From contig OZ244937.1 of assembly GCA_965222075.1 (NCBI GenBank), forward strand, positions 1,952,001 through 2,016,000: a stretch of 64,000 nucleotides of DNA, written 5' to 3'. The notes under the pieces are model-generated. The model did not search any database. It was not told the DNA's origin and worked only from the letters and a program-made list of their open reading frames with translations. Below are positions 49,641 through 60,398 of this stretch, piece after piece. The translations under genes were made by a program, and so were the position numbers. This DNA is from Candidatus Latescibacterota bacterium (GTDB lineage: Bacteria > Latescibacterota > UBA2968 > GCA-2709665). Positions within the stretch are counted from its first letter, which is position 1. Each line of letters begins with the position of its first letter.

Positions 49641-51135
49641 CCTGGCGGTTCTGGTCCTGCTTCTGTCCTCCGCTCCGGCAGGCGCCCAGATCACCGTTTC
49701 AAGCCTGACGGAAATGCAGCGAGGGCGTATCCCCGGAACCGATTCCACGGCCCTTTCCACGCTCTATGAGCAATTCAACGTCGATTACGCAAACAACGAC
49801 CTGCAGGCGGGGCTGCGGGCCGAGGTATTCAACGCCTGGGGAACCGACCGGGAGATGGTCCATCTCTCCCAGAAATACATCCGCTGGACGCATGGATCAA
49901 CCTATCTGGTCGCCGGGAACTACTATGCCATCCTGGGCCGGGGACTGACCCTCCGCGCATTTGAACTGCCCGGAGTGGTCCTGGAAAACCAGGTCTTCCG
50001 GCGCCGGTACACACCCTCGCGCGACATGGAGGGCGGCCTGGCCTCCTGGACCGGCGACCGCGCCGAAATCAAGGCCCTGATCGGGCGCCAGGCCAAAAAC
50101 GACATCCCCCCCGGCGTCCCGAACCTCGACCGCCGGCAGGACTGGGTTGCAGGAGGCGAAGTCTCCCTTCGGCCCGCCCCCCCCCTGAAAGCAGGCGCAA
50201 CCCTCGTCCACCTCCGTCCCAGGGACGCAGACAAAAGCCAGGCCTGGTCGGGCCTTGCCGAGGTTGACTTCACCTCCCTACTCGGACTCGGTGAAACCTA
50301 CGGCAGCTTCTACGGCGAGTACGCCAAACGCGCAGGCGGCCCGGAACAGGGGCACGGGCTTTATCTCTCGGGAAACGCCGGAGGGTCCGGACTCGGCATC
50401 AGCCTCGAATACAAAAATTACGACAACTTCATCCTGGAGGTCAACGACCCGCCCTCCCTGGTCCGGGAACACACGTCCGTCATGCTCAACCGCTCCACCC
50501 ACGTCCTCCTGCCCCTCACCGAGCGGGGGTACCAGATCGAGGCCACCTACACGCTGCCCACTCTGGCCACCCTTACAGCCAACCTCAGCTATGCGCGCAA
50601 CAACCTCGCCAAAGACCGGATAACAGTCTTCAAGGAGCGCTACCTCGGGGTCGACTTTGAAAAATTTCTGCCGAGCTTTTCAGCAACCCTATTCTACGAC
50701 TGGGGCAAAGACGAGTTGGAAGGGATCTCGAAGCACCGCACGGGAGGCCTCTTGCTGGAAGGCGCGGCCTGGCCCAACCATACCCTGGGGCTCGACTTCC
50801 AGGTTCAGCGCGCCACCCGTCCCTTTGCGGACCCGCCGTCGTTTACGGACATCTACACCGCCCTGTCCTGGCAGCATCCGCTTGGGGTCAGCGTCGCCCT
50901 GATCGTGGACCGGACGTCGGACCCTTTGGAAATCGACGATCCGGCGACCCTGACCCAAATCGAGACCGACGCGCGCACCTGGTGGGCGGCCACCCTCAGC
51001 GCACGGTTCGCCGGACGGTATGAGGCCCTCCTCTTCGCGGGCCGGCGGCGTGGCGGAACGGCCTGCACTTCCGGGACCTGCTACCAGGTCCTGCCCTTTA
51101 AAGGTCTGGAAATACGGCTCACCACCCATTTCTGA
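49621..51135 (+). CDS. Outer-membrane beta-barrel protein, DUF6029-like
   Basis: Signal peptide, AGNYYAILGRGLTLRAFE, EYKNYDNF..PPSL, C-terminal GGTACTSGTC..FKGLEIRLTTHF with terminal Phe. Confidence 0.7.
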   Translation: MPVRKSSLAVLVLLLSSAPAGAQITVSSLTEMQRGRIPGTDSTALSTLYEQFNVDYANNDLQAGLRAEVFNAWGTDREMVHLSQKYIRWTHGSTYLVAGNYYAILGRGLTLRAFELPGVVLENQVFRRRYTPSRDMEGGLASWTGDRAEIKALIGRQAKNDIPPGVPNLDRRQDWVAGGEVSLRPAPPLKAGATLVHLRPRDADKSQAWSGLAEVDFTSLLGLGETYGSFYGEYAKRAGGPEQGHGLYLSGNAGGSGLGISLEYKNYDNFILEVNDPPSLVREHTSVMLNRSTHVLLPLTERGYQIEATYTLPTLATLTANLSYARNNLAKDRITVFKERYLGVDFEKFLPSFSATLFYDWGKDELEGISKHRTGGLLLEGAAWPNHTLGLDFQVQRATRPFADPPSFTDIYTALSWQHPLGVSVALIVDRTSDPLEIDDPATLTQIETDARTWWAATLSARFAGRYEALLFAGRRRGGTACTSGTCYQVLPFKGLEIRLTTHF

Positions 51136-51175
51136 CGTGGAAACCCACCACCAACAACGGAAAGGAGAGTAGACA

Positions 51176-52510
51176 ATGTATAGCGTACGAAGATGTCTTT
51201 TGAGCGCCATGCTCTTATGCTTCGCCACTGCCGGCAGCCTGGAGGCCGCCGATGTGGGCGATTCGGTGCCCAACTTTTCACTGCGGGACCTCAAGGGACA
51301 GACGCACACCCAGGCAACCTACCGGGGGAAAGTCCTCGTCATCTACTTTCTGGGCTATGCCTGATCGGTCTGCTACAGGACGGGTCCGTCCGTAGAGAAA
51401 GAGATATGGCAGCGCTTCAAAGACAACAACATCCAGGTGCTGGGTCTGGACGTGTGGAACGGTAGCCAGGCCCAGCTTGCGAACTTTGCGAACATCACCG
51501 GCGTCACCTTTCCCCTGTTGCTGAGGGCCGCGACCGGAACCAACTTCGGCGTCAGCTCCTCCGGAGCAATTGATGTGATGATGGTCGTCGATCAGGAGGG
51601 CATCGTCCGGCGCCGCAGCGGTGTCAGAACCTCTGCTGCTGTCTCGGCTGCGGTGAGCCTGGTCCGGGAACTGCTCACCCCCTCCGTGCCGGTTATCGGC
51701 ATCAACCCAACCTCCCTCAACTTTGGGCCGGAACTCCAACCGGGAGAGTCCAAAACCCTCTCGGTCGAAGTGCAAAACACCGGCACGGACACCCTCAATC
51801 TCACGAGCATCCAGTCAGACATACCCGAACTCACCGTAAGTGACTCCACGTTCTCCATTCTCCCGGACGAAAGCAGGGAGATCCAGGTCACCCTAACGCC
51901 CACGCAGGACGGCACCCTGTCGGGCATCCTCAGCCTCCTCAGCAACGACCCGCAACAGGGCACCCTCCGGATCGTGATCGAACCGATCACCGTCAAAACG
52001 CTTCCCTCCGAAATCGCCCTGGCCGCAGAACAGCTCGAATTCAACAACATCGAAGTGGGAAGCCGTGTCAACCGCACCCTCACGATCCGCAACGAAGGCC
52101 AGGGATCTTTAAAAATCACCGACGTAAAATCCGACCTGCCGGGTCTGTCGGTCTCCCAGAAGGCCTTCGAGGTGCCCCCGGGAGAATCACACGATCTGAC
52201 CGTTACCGTCACACCCACCGCAGAAGGCGCCTTTTCAGGCAGCCTGACAATCGTAAGCAATGACCCCGACCAGGGCATGATCGTCCTTACCCTGTCGGGA
52301 TCGGCGGTGATGTTCCAGCCCGAGGGCCGGGCCGACTTCAACGGGAGCGGGCGGATCGATTTCGCCGATTTTGTTATCTTCGCGCAGGGCTTTGGCCGGC
52401 AGGCCGGGCAGGCGGGCTTTGATGAACGGCTCGACCTGAACGACAACGGGAGGATCGACTTCCCTGACTTCGTCATCTTTGCCCGGTCCTTCGGCAGCAC
52501 TGTGAACTGA
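51176..52510 (+). CDS. Probable selenoprotein: exported AhpC/TSA-like redoxin (UxxC) + two Ig-like (choice-of-anchor D/ASH) domains + EF-hand/dockerin-like tail
   Basis: ORFs 51176-51364 and 51437-52510 are in the same frame, separated only by TGA at 51362. Read-through gives VLVIYFLGYA-U-SVC-YRTG..IQVLGLD; a SECIS-like hairpin follows. Confidence 0.85.
51369..51398 (+). promoter_or_regulatory. Putative bacterial SECIS element
   Basis: CTAC-A-GGACG-[GGTC]-CGTCC-GTAG stem-loop whose G-containing apical loop starts 19 nt after the UGA. Confidence 0.7.
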
Positions 52511-52535
52511 GCCTCTATCCTGCTCGTCTCATTTT

Positions 52536-52568
52536 CCGGCACGCCGGTCTGGTGTGCCGGTATTTTTT
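52536..52568 (+). terminator. Rho-independent terminator
   Basis: CCGGCACGCC-GGTCT-GGTGTGCCGG followed by TATTTTTT. Confidence 0.75.
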
Positions 52569-52659
52569 AGAAACCGAATACGGTCTCCTGGAGTCCCATT
52601 CAAGGAATTACAACCATCCGCCTGATCGCGAACAATCAACCTGAACAGAGCTCCGGAAG

Positions 52660-54105
52660 ATGCCGCGTTCCAGAGAACCCGATTCAGATCCCAGAGATCT
52701 GCTTCCCCGCGTGCGGGCCTATATTGCCGAACAGGACATGCTGATCCCGGCAGAAGGCGTGGTTGTGGGTGTATCGGGCGGCCCCGATTCGGTCGCCCTG
52801 CTCGACCTCCTCTTCAGGCTGCGGGGTGAACTGCAGATCGCCCTTTGTGTCGCGCATCTGCACCACGGGCTGAGGGGAGCCGATGCAGAAGGTGATGCGG
52901 CATTCGTCGCCGGCCTGGCCGCAGAGCGTGGGCTTCCCTACCACGGGGGCACCGCCGATGTAGGGGCACTCGCCCGCCGGGGAAAACACGCCCCCGAAGA
53001 GGCCGGGCGCATCGCCCGGCACAGCTTTCTTGAAGACACACGCCGTAAAACGGGGTCGGCCCGGATCGCCCTGGGGCATACCCGGAGCGATCAGGCAGAA
53101 ACCCTGCTCTTGCGGTTGCTGCGCGGGGCGGGACGGAGGGGGCTGGGCGCCATTCGTCCCGTGCGAGACCGGATCTGGATCCGTCCCCTCCTGCAGGTCT
53201 CCCGCAGTGAAATCGAGGCCTATATCTCCTTCCGGGAACTGGAGACCCGGCAGGACAGAACCAACACAGACCCCCGATTTCTGCGCAACCGGATCCGGCA
53301 GGACCTGCTTCCCCACCTCGCTGCGGAGTATACACCGGGCATCGAACAGGTCCTGGCCAGGACCTCTGAAATTCTCCAGCGTGAAGACGATCTGCTCGAT
53401 CAACAGGCCGAAGCGGCCCTTCAGAAGGCTGTACAATACCGGGGCAAGCAAAAAATAATCCTTGATGTAAGGTCGGTTTTCGGTTATCATGTATCACTTC
53501 AACGGCGCATCGTTCAGAAGGTGTTGTTCTGCCACGATGCCGGTGCGGACGCCTTCGGTTTCCAAACGGTTCAGAGCATTCTAAAGCTCCTCTCACACCG
53601 TTCCGGAGCCGTCCAGATTTCCCCGGAGGTCTCAGCGCACAAATCGGGCCATCGGCTTATTCTCTGCCGGGCAACCCCGCCCTTTCATGTTCGGGTACGT
53701 GTGCCGGGCCATACGGAACTTCCCCTGCTGGATGCGACCGTCGAGACCCGCGTTCGGCCGGTCAAAGAGGTCAGGGATCGGTTGCGAGATTTGGGGCCCT
53801 ATCGGGCCTGTTTTGACACAGAGGTGCTGCAAGGCGAGTTGGTCCTGCGTAGTCGGCGCCCCGGTGATCGGTTTTGGCCCTATGGGATGCCGGGCACCCG
53901 CAAGGTGAGCGATGTCTTAATCGACGGCAAGGTCCCCGAGCCTTTGCGCGATGAAATCCCCTTGCTGCTGAGCAACAGCACCATCCTTTGGGTGGTCGGG
54001 CTGCGTACTGCACAGTCCGCCGCCGTCACCGGGCAAACGGTGGAAGTATTGGAAATCGTGTTCAGAGGGGGATGGCTCTGTACGGCGGAGTCCTCATCCA
54101 GTTAG
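52660..54105 (+). CDS. tilS: tRNA(Ile)-lysidine synthetase
   Basis: VSGGPDSVAL, GHTRSDQAET, IRPLL, RNRIR; upstream of ftsH. Confidence 0.95.
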   Translation: MPRSREPDSDPRDLLPRVRAYIAEQDMLIPAEGVVVGVSGGPDSVALLDLLFRLRGELQIALCVAHLHHGLRGADAEGDAAFVAGLAAERGLPYHGGTADVGALARRGKHAPEEAGRIARHSFLEDTRRKTGSARIALGHTRSDQAETLLLRLLRGAGRRGLGAIRPVRDRIWIRPLLQVSRSEIEAYISFRELETRQDRTNTDPRFLRNRIRQDLLPHLAAEYTPGIEQVLARTSEILQREDDLLDQQAEAALQKAVQYRGKQKIILDVRSVFGYHVSLQRRIVQKVLFCHDAGADAFGFQTVQSILKLLSHRSGAVQISPEVSAHKSGHRLILCRATPPFHVRVRVPGHTELPLLDATVETRVRPVKEVRDRLRDLGPYRACFDTEVLQGELVLRSRRPGDRFWPYGMPGTRKVSDVLIDGKVPEPLRDEIPLLLSNSTILWVVGLRTAQSAAVTGQTVEVLEIVFRGGWLCTAESSSS

Positions 54106-54121
54106 AAAAGGTAGAATTTTT

Positions 54122-56344
54122 ATGATCGATCCCAAAGATCAGGAGCAGGCGCAGCACCCGGCAAAGGAGGAGCAGGCGCAGCACCCGGCAAAGGAGGAGC
54201 AGGCGCATCCCCATCGGGGGCAAAACGAAAATGCCGACGATCCTGAAAACACAAAACCGGAGGTGGAAGAAGCTCCGCATCAGGAATCGCCCCATCCAGG
54301 CTGGACAGGGGAGGGCCAGAGACGGGAGGCGGCGTCTGATGAGAACGAAGGGCGGTCGTGGCGGCGCTCGAAGACCCTTGCCTTCTGGATCATCTTCATT
54401 TTGGTGGCCATCGTCTTCTCCAAGTTCTTTGGCAGCACCCCCCCAGACGATATCGAGCTCAGTTATAAAGAATACAAGGAATTCCTCAAACAGGGAAAGA
54501 TCGAAAGCGCGGTCATCATTGCACATAAATTCTACGGCACGCTTCGGGACCCTGAATATACCGGCCTGCAGAGGGGCGCTCAGCAATCCTACAAGACCTT
54601 CGTGGTCATCCTGGGGCCCATAGATTCAGAGACAATCGCCGAATGGGAAAAATACGACGTCGACTTTCGATTTCACGAAAAACCGTTCAACTGGCTGAAC
54701 GTCTTTTTCAACTTCCTGCCCTGGCTCCTCTTTGTGGGACTCTGGCTCTTTATTCTTCGCCAGATGCAGGGCGGTCCCAAGGGCGTCTTCAGCTTTGGGA
54801 AGAGCCGTGCCAAACTCGTTTCCGAAGACAGGCCAAAGGTCACCTTTAAAGACGTTGCCGGTTCAGAGGAGGCCAAGCAGGAGCTTCAGGAAATCATCGA
54901 TTTCCTGAGAGACCCTCGAAAATTCCAGCGCCTGGGCGGGCGCATCCCCAAAGGCGTGCTCCTGGTCGGCCCCCCAGGAACCGGGAAGACCTACATGGCC
55001 AAGGCCGTGGCGGGCGAGGCCAGCGTCCCCTTTTTCAGCATGAGCGGTTCCGACTTCGTCGAGATGTTCGTAGGCGTTGGCGCATCGCGTGTCCGGGACC
55101 TCTTCGAACAGGGGAAAAACAACGCGCCCTGTATCATCTTCATCGACGAAATCGACGCGGTAGGGCGCCATCGGGGCGCCGGCATCGGCGGCGGGCACGA
55201 CGAGAGGGAGCAAACCCTCAACCAGCTCCTGGTAGAAATGGACGGCTTTGACTCTAAAGAGGGGGTCATTCTCATTGCCGCCACCAACCGCCCCGACGTC
55301 CTTGACCCGGCCCTGATGAGGCCCGGCCGGTTCGACCGCCAGGTGGTCGTAGACCGTCCCGATATCAGAGGGCGGGAAGGCGTGCTGAAGGTGCATATCC
55401 GGAATACCCCCCTGGACAAAAACGTAGACCTCAAAGTGCTCGCCCGGGCCACCCCGGGGTTTTCACAGGCCGACCTGGCCAACCTGGTCAACGAAGCGGC
55501 GCTGCTGGCCTCGCGCTACGACCGGACCCGGGTGGCCATGGAAGATTTCGAAAATGCCAAAGACAAGGTTATGATGGGAGCCGAACGGCGCAGTCTGGTC
55601 ATTTCCGACAATGAAAAAAAACTCACGGCCTACCACGAAATCGGGCATGCCCTGGTGGCCAAACTCGTTCCGGAAAGCGACCCAATCCACAAGGTCACCA
55701 TCATTCCCCGCGGCCAGTCACTCGGGTTGACCACCTACCTCCCGATGGACGAACGGCACAATTACTCCAAAAGCTACAGCGAAGCCGTGCTCACCTATGC
55801 GCTGGGCGGTCGCGTGGCCGAAAAACTCATCTTCGGAGAGTTCTCCAGCGGCGGCCAACAGGACTACAAGGTGGCCACGGACCTGGCCCGCCGTATGGTC
55901 TGCGACTGGGGAATGAGCGACGAACTCGGCCCCATCGCCTACGGGCAGAAGCAGGATGAAATCTTTCTGGGGCGGGAGATTGCCCAGCGGCGAGACTACA
56001 GCGAAAAAGTCGCCGAAGCCATCGACGAAGAGGTCAAAGCCTTTATTCTTAACGCCGAGAGCCGGGCGGAAAGATTGCTCCAGGATAACCTGAACGAGGT
56101 CCACCTCTTAGCCGAAACGCTCCTGGAATTCGAAGTCTTAGACGACGCCCAGCTCGACCGCATCCTCGCCGGGGAAAAGCTGGAAAAACCCAAGAAACCG
56201 ACCAAACCTGAGAACGGGCGTACAGAAGGGGAGCAGGCCGACGGTGAGATGGAGGGGCAGTCTCAGTACACCCATTCTCAGGATGGCGGGAAGGAATCGG
56301 ACGGCTCCCCATCCCTGGAGCAGAAATCGGCCTCAGACGATTAA
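54122..56344 (+). CDS. ftsH: ATP-dependent zinc metalloprotease FtsH
   Basis: [29 protein letters not shown]. Confidence 0.97.
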   Translation: MIDPKDQEQAQHPAKEEQAQHPAKEEQAHPHRGQNENADDPENTKPEVEEAPHQESPHPGWTGEGQRREAASDENEGRSWRRSKTLAFWIIFILVAIVFSKFFGSTPPDDIELSYKEYKEFLKQGKIESAVIIAHKFYGTLRDPEYTGLQRGAQQSYKTFVVILGPIDSETIAEWEKYDVDFRFHEKPFNWLNVFFNFLPWLLFVGLWLFILRQMQGGPKGVFSFGKSRAKLVSEDRPKVTFKDVAGSEEAKQELQEIIDFLRDPRKFQRLGGRIPKGVLLVGPPGTGKTYMAKAVAGEASVPFFSMSGSDFVEMFVGVGASRVRDLFEQGKNNAPCIIFIDEIDAVGRHRGAGIGGGHDEREQTLNQLLVEMDGFDSKEGVILIAATNRPDVLDPALMRPGRFDRQVVVDRPDIRGREGVLKVHIRNTPLDKNVDLKVLARATPGFSQADLANLVNEAALLASRYDRTRVAMEDFENAKDKVMMGAERRSLVISDNEKKLTAYHEIGHALVAKLVPESDPIHKVTIIPRGQSLGLTTYLPMDERHNYSKSYSEAVLTYALGGRVAEKLIFGEFSSGGQQDYKVATDLARRMVCDWGMSDELGPIAYGQKQDEIFLGREIAQRRDYSEKVAEAIDEEVKAFILNAESRAERLLQDNLNEVHLLAETLLEFEVLDDAQLDRILAGEKLEKPKKPTKPENGRTEGEQADGEMEGQSQYTHSQDGGKESDGSPSLEQKSASDD
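54141..54207 (+). repeat. 27-nt tandem repeat (about 2.5 copies) in the ftsH N-terminal extension
   Basis: AGGAGCAGGCGCAGCACCCGGCAAAGG twice plus a partial copy; encodes EQAQHPAKE. Confidence 0.85.
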
Positions 56345-56375
56345 CAACCCATTGTACAGGGGATGTGGAGGGGCA

Positions 56376-56400
56376 AGGGGTGCCTTTGGCACCCTTTTTT
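56376..56400 (+). terminator. Rho-independent terminator after ftsH
   Basis: GGGTGCC-TTT-GGCACCC followed by TTTTTT. Confidence 0.6.
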
Positions 56401-56450
56401 CTATCCCGGTTCCCGGTGCAGAATATCTGTCTCAAATCGTGGAGGGTCTG

Positions 56451-57353
56451 GTGGACCGCCCCAAGCAGAAGGGGGAGCCCCCCCCCTATCGAATCAACTG
56501 TCGGGGAAGAATCCTGGAATTGGGGGCTCGCACCCACTTGATGGGCATCCTGAATGTGACCCCCGACTCCTTTTCCGACGGCGGGCGTTACCTGTCCTCA
56601 GACGCGGCCGTCGCCCACGCAGAGGCGATGGCCGAGGCGGGAGCGGACCTGATCGACATCGGCGGAGAATCCACCCGGCCGGCCGGCCCCTACGGAGAGG
56701 GGTCAGAGCCCGTATCTGTCGGGGAAGAAATACACCGGACCATACCGGTTATCGAAAAGGTCGCAACTCGCCTCGACCTGCCCATCTCCATCGACACCAC
56801 CAAAGCAGAAGTGGCCAGGCGGGCCCTGGAGGCAGGAGCGTCCATGGTCAACGATATCAGCGCCCTGCGGTTCGATCCCAAAATGGCCCAAACCGTCGCA
56901 GAAGCCGGTGTGCCTGTGGTCCTGATGCACATGCAGGGCACCCCCAGGACCATGCAGCAGAATCCTACCTATCGCAACCTGATCCGAGAGATCGGGGCCT
57001 TCCTCAAAGAACGGCGAGACGCTGCGCTCAAAGTGGGCATTGACCCGGCACAGATCGTGATTGACCCCGGTCTGGGCTTTGGAAAGCGCCACTGCCACAA
57101 CTTTGAAATCCTCGGCAGGCTCAACGAGTTTCACCCCCTCAACTGCCCGCTGCTGGTGGGCCCCTCCCGAAAAAAATTCGTCGGAGCAGCCCTCAACCTC
57201 CCGTCTCCAGACCGCCTCGAAGGCACCCTTGCCGCACTCGCCTTCTGTGTGGCTGGAGGCGCGCACATCCTCCGGGTGCACGATGTTGAGGCGGCCCTGC
57301 GCGCCGTGAAAGTCGCCCAGCAGATCGTGCGCTGTTCAACGCAACCCGGATAG
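56451..57353 (+). CDS. folP: Dihydropteroate synthase
   Basis: MGILNVTPDSFSDGG, DIGGESTRP, IDPGLGFGK, SRKKF, ILRVHDV; GTG start after GGAGGG assumed. Confidence 0.95.
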   Translation: MDRPKQKGEPPPYRINCRGRILELGARTHLMGILNVTPDSFSDGGRYLSSDAAVAHAEAMAEAGADLIDIGGESTRPAGPYGEGSEPVSVGEEIHRTIPVIEKVATRLDLPISIDTTKAEVARRALEAGASMVNDISALRFDPKMAQTVAEAGVPVVLMHMQGTPRTMQQNPTYRNLIREIGAFLKERRDAALKVGIDPAQIVIDPGLGFGKRHCHNFEILGRLNEFHPLNCPLLVGPSRKKFVGAALNLPSPDRLEGTLAALAFCVAGGAHILRVHDVEAALRAVKVAQQIVRCSTQPG

Positions 57354-57368
57354 GCCCGGAAAACGCCC

Positions 57369-57397
57369 TTGACAAACGGCAACCAGTTGGATAGATT
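57369..57397 (+). promoter_or_regulatory. Sigma70-like promoter of purM
   Basis: TTGACA-17 nt-TAGATT. Confidence 0.5.
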
Positions 57398-57506
57398 GCA
57401 TTTACAGAAGGCCGCTCCAAACTGCCCGCTCTCTATATTAACTTACAAGAAGGCCCCAATGGATGCGCGACATCTCCGTATCCTGGACGTCAAGCTCATC
57501 TATCCA

Positions 57507-58544
57507 ATGAAAAAACAAAAGGCATATGCCGCTGCCGGCGTTGACATCGATGCGGCCAATCGGACCAAAAAACGGATCGCAGGCCTGGTTCGCGCCACGT
57601 TTGGCCCGGAAGTGCTGTCCGACATCGGGGAATTTGGCGGGCTGTTTGCTCCTCCCTGGCGCGACTACGACGACCCGGTGCTCGTGGCCAGTGCCGACAG
57701 CGTGGGAACAAAGTTGAAGGTGGCGTTTCTCACGGGCATCCACCATACCGTAGGGGCCGACATCGTGGCGCACTGCGCCAACGACATCTTGGTACAGGGC
57801 GCCCGACCCCTCTTTTTCCTGGACTACCTGGGCATAGGCCGACACGACCCGGAGGTCGTTACGGAAGTCGTTGAGGGCATCGCCAGCGGCTGTAAGGCAT
57901 GTGGCTGTGCTCTCCTGGGCGGAGAAATGGCGGAACTCCCCGGTTTTTACGCGGATGGGGAGTACGATCTGGCGGGAACCATCGTGGGCATCGTCGACCG
58001 GGGCCACATCCTCGACGGGTCGGCGGTGTGCGCGGGGGATGTTTTGATCGGCCTGGGCGCAACGGGCCTTCACACCAACGGCTACAGCCTGGCCCGGAAA
58101 CTCCTGTTTGAGACGGCCGGCTGGACGGTGGATACCTATGTGGAAGACCTGGGAACGGATGTGGGAGAGGCCCTGCTGGCCCCCCACCGCCCCTATGTCT
58201 CTGCCGTCCTCTCCCTGATGGCGTCCCTACCCGTTCGGGGGATGGCCCACATTACCGGCGGCGGACTCATCGACAACCTGCCCCGGGCGCTGCCCCAGGG
58301 GCTGGGCGCCCGGGTCCGGCGCGGGACCTGGCCGGAACTTCCCATCTTCTCGCTGTTGCAGCGGCTGGGAGATATCGAAGAGGCGGAGATGTTTCAGGCC
58401 TTCAACATGGGCCTGGGAATGGTCCTGACCGTCCCCCCCGATCGCGTAGAGGATGCCCTGAGAAAGCTGCAATCCGAAGGAGAAGCCGCCTATTGGGTCG
58501 GCGAAGTCGTAGGTGATCCCAACCATGCGGTCCAGATTGTCTGA
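57507..58544 (+). CDS. purM: Phosphoribosylformylglycinamidine cyclo-ligase (AIR synthase)
   Basis: YAAAGVDID, DSVGTKLK, GARPLFFLDY, GLHTNGYSL, AHITGGG, FNMGLG. Confidence 0.96.
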   Translation: MKKQKAYAAAGVDIDAANRTKKRIAGLVRATFGPEVLSDIGEFGGLFAPPWRDYDDPVLVASADSVGTKLKVAFLTGIHHTVGADIVAHCANDILVQGARPLFFLDYLGIGRHDPEVVTEVVEGIASGCKACGCALLGGEMAELPGFYADGEYDLAGTIVGIVDRGHILDGSAVCAGDVLIGLGATGLHTNGYSLARKLLFETAGWTVDTYVEDLGTDVGEALLAPHRPYVSAVLSLMASLPVRGMAHITGGGLIDNLPRALPQGLGARVRRGTWPELPIFSLLQRLGDIEEAEMFQAFNMGLGMVLTVPPDRVEDALRKLQSEGEAAYWVGEVVGDPNHAVQIV

Positions 58545-58592
58545 AAAGCAGGGACCGAGGGCTGGCCCCAAACCCCTGTTTTTCAGGAGCCG

Positions 58593-58793
58593 ATGATGCT
58601 TTTTCGCCTATTCATGTTCGGTCTGCTGGTCGTGCTGGTGTTCCGCCTGGTCAAATATCTGCTGGGCACCATCCTGAGCCGGTTTATCCTGCACAATTCC
58701 GGAGACACCCAAACGGGTACGCAAAAAAAACCGCCCCTGGACCTGGATCAGACCCAGATTAAGGATGCAGAATTTCGGGACATCGAGCCCTGA
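58593..58793 (+). CDS. Small membrane protein
   Basis: AGGAG RBS, N-terminal TM, acidic tail IKDAEFRDI. Confidence 0.6.
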   Translation: MMLFRLFMFGLLVVLVFRLVKYLLGTILSRFILHNSGDTQTGTQKKPPLDLDQTQIKDAEFRDIEP

Positions 58794-58809
58794 ATCAACG
58801 ACCACTGCA

Positions 58810-59847
58810 ATGGCAAAACGCCAGAAACGCTCCGGCAACCTCACGCCCGCCCAGGTTCTCGCCCGCATTCGGGAGGGAGACCTCTCCCCCCTCTACGTCT
58901 TCTACGGCCCCGAAGACCTCGAGAAAAAGGAGATCCTCAAGACGCTTATCGATGCGGTCGTTGAACCCGCTGCGCGGACATTTAACCTGGACGTACTCCA
59001 CGCAGAGAACCTGGAGGCCGCCGATGCGGTCAACCGGGCGGCGGCCTTCCCCATGATGGCTGCCCGCCGGATGGTGGTCATCAAACGCGTCGACCGCCTC
59101 CCCGAGCCGGCCGCAGCACAGCTGCTCCCCCTCATCCAGACCCCTTCCGAGACCACCGTTCTGGTCCTCACGGCCGAAACGTTCGATGCCAGGAAAAAAA
59201 TTTTCGCAGGCCTGCGCAAGTCCGCGGTCTGCGTAGAATTCAAACGGCCCTATGAAAGCGAAATCCCCGACTGGATCCGGAGGCGGGTCGAAGCGGCAGG
59301 CAAACGCATCCAGCCCGAGGCGGTTCACCTGCTCCACATGGGCGTGGGCGCACACCCTCAAGACCTGGCCAATGAACTCGAAAAACTCGCCATTCACCTG
59401 AGCGACCGGGAGACCATCACCCGGGACGACGTCGCCCGGGTCGTAGGCGCCTTTAAGGGAGCGACTGTCTTTGAACTGGCCGACGCGGTCGGACGCGGAC
59501 AATCCGGCCCTGCCCTGGCGAGCCTGAAGCGCCTGCTCGAACAGGGCGAACATCCGGTGGGCATCGTGGCCATGCTCATCCGGCACATCGGCATCCTCCG
59601 CAAGGCCCGGTGGCTGCAGGGCCTCCGATTGCCCCGCACGGAACTGGCCGGTCGGTTAAAGGTTCCCCCCTTTTTTCTCTCCGGCTATATGAACCAGGCC
59701 GCCCGCTTCGATGACCAGGCCCTCTGGGACACCTACGGCGCTCTCCTGGATGCCGACAATCGGTTAAAATCCCACTCCCGAACCCCCTTTGTGACCCTCT
59801 CCCGGCTGATTTACGACCTGTGCCGCAGGCCCGGCGCCCACCCTTGA
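58810..59847 (+). CDS. holA: DNA polymerase III delta subunit
   Basis: PLYVFYGPE, FNLDVL, PMMAARRMVVI, NELEKL, VFELADAV. Confidence 0.9.
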   Translation: MAKRQKRSGNLTPAQVLARIREGDLSPLYVFYGPEDLEKKEILKTLIDAVVEPAARTFNLDVLHAENLEAADAVNRAAAFPMMAARRMVVIKRVDRLPEPAAAQLLPLIQTPSETTVLVLTAETFDARKKIFAGLRKSAVCVEFKRPYESEIPDWIRRRVEAAGKRIQPEAVHLLHMGVGAHPQDLANELEKLAIHLSDRETITRDDVARVVGAFKGATVFELADAVGRGQSGPALASLKRLLEQGEHPVGIVAMLIRHIGILRKARWLQGLRLPRTELAGRLKVPPFFLSGYMNQAARFDDQALWDTYGALLDADNRLKSHSRTPFVTLSRLIYDLCRRPGAHP

Positions 59848-59872
59848 CAATAAAGGGGAAAATTGGTAGATT
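59844..59872 (+). promoter_or_regulatory. Sigma70-like promoter of trxA
   Basis: TTGACA-17 nt-TAGATT with extended TG. Confidence 0.55.
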
Positions 59873-59986
59873 TCCTTCTCTGCGATTTCCACTTCTGACA
59901 TATTGTCTCAAACCCCTACAAAAATCTGCTGATCGGCCAAAAAAAAACAGCAGAAAACCGAGCTACAAATCAACCTTTCTGGAAAG

Positions 59987-60328
59987 GTGGTGAAAGAAGT
60001 GGCAAGCCCAATAACAGTGACCGATGAAACATTTCAATCCGAAGTTGTCGAATCTTCCCAGCCGGTGCTGGTCGATTTCTGGGCCACCTGGTGCGGTCCC
60101 TGCCGGATGGTCGCCCCCATTGTGGAGGAACTGGCGCAGGAGTACGAAGGTCGGGTGAAGGTGGGCAAAATAGACGTCGACTCGGAGCAGAAGATCGCTG
60201 CCGATTTCGGCATCCGGAGCATTCCGACCCTGCTCATATTCAAAGGTGGTAAATTGGCCGACCAGGTTGTAGGCGCAGTCCCCAAAAAGCACCTGGTGGA
60301 AAAGCTTGAGGCCGTCCTGGCTTCTTAA
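59987..60328 (+). CDS. trxA: Thioredoxin
   Basis: [18 protein letters not shown]. Confidence 0.96.
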   Translation: MVKEVASPITVTDETFQSEVVESSQPVLVDFWATWCGPCRMVAPIVEELAQEYEGRVKVGKIDVDSEQKIAADFGIRSIPTLLIFKGGKLADQVVGAVPKKHLVEKLEAVLAS

Positions 60329-60356
60329 AGCCTTCAGATCGAGGGCTTACACATAC

Positions 60357-60398
60357 AAAAGCAGGGGGAAACCATGCATTTTTCTCCCTGCTTTTTGT
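60357..60398 (+). terminator. Rho-independent terminator after trxA
   Basis: AAAAGCAGGGGGAAA...TTTCTCCCTGCTTTTTGT. Confidence 0.65.

Noticed and set aside
57398-57506. Possible purine-related riboswitch in the purM leader
   Set aside because: Only a weak hairpin; I could not match ZTP, PRPP or purine riboswitch consensus features.
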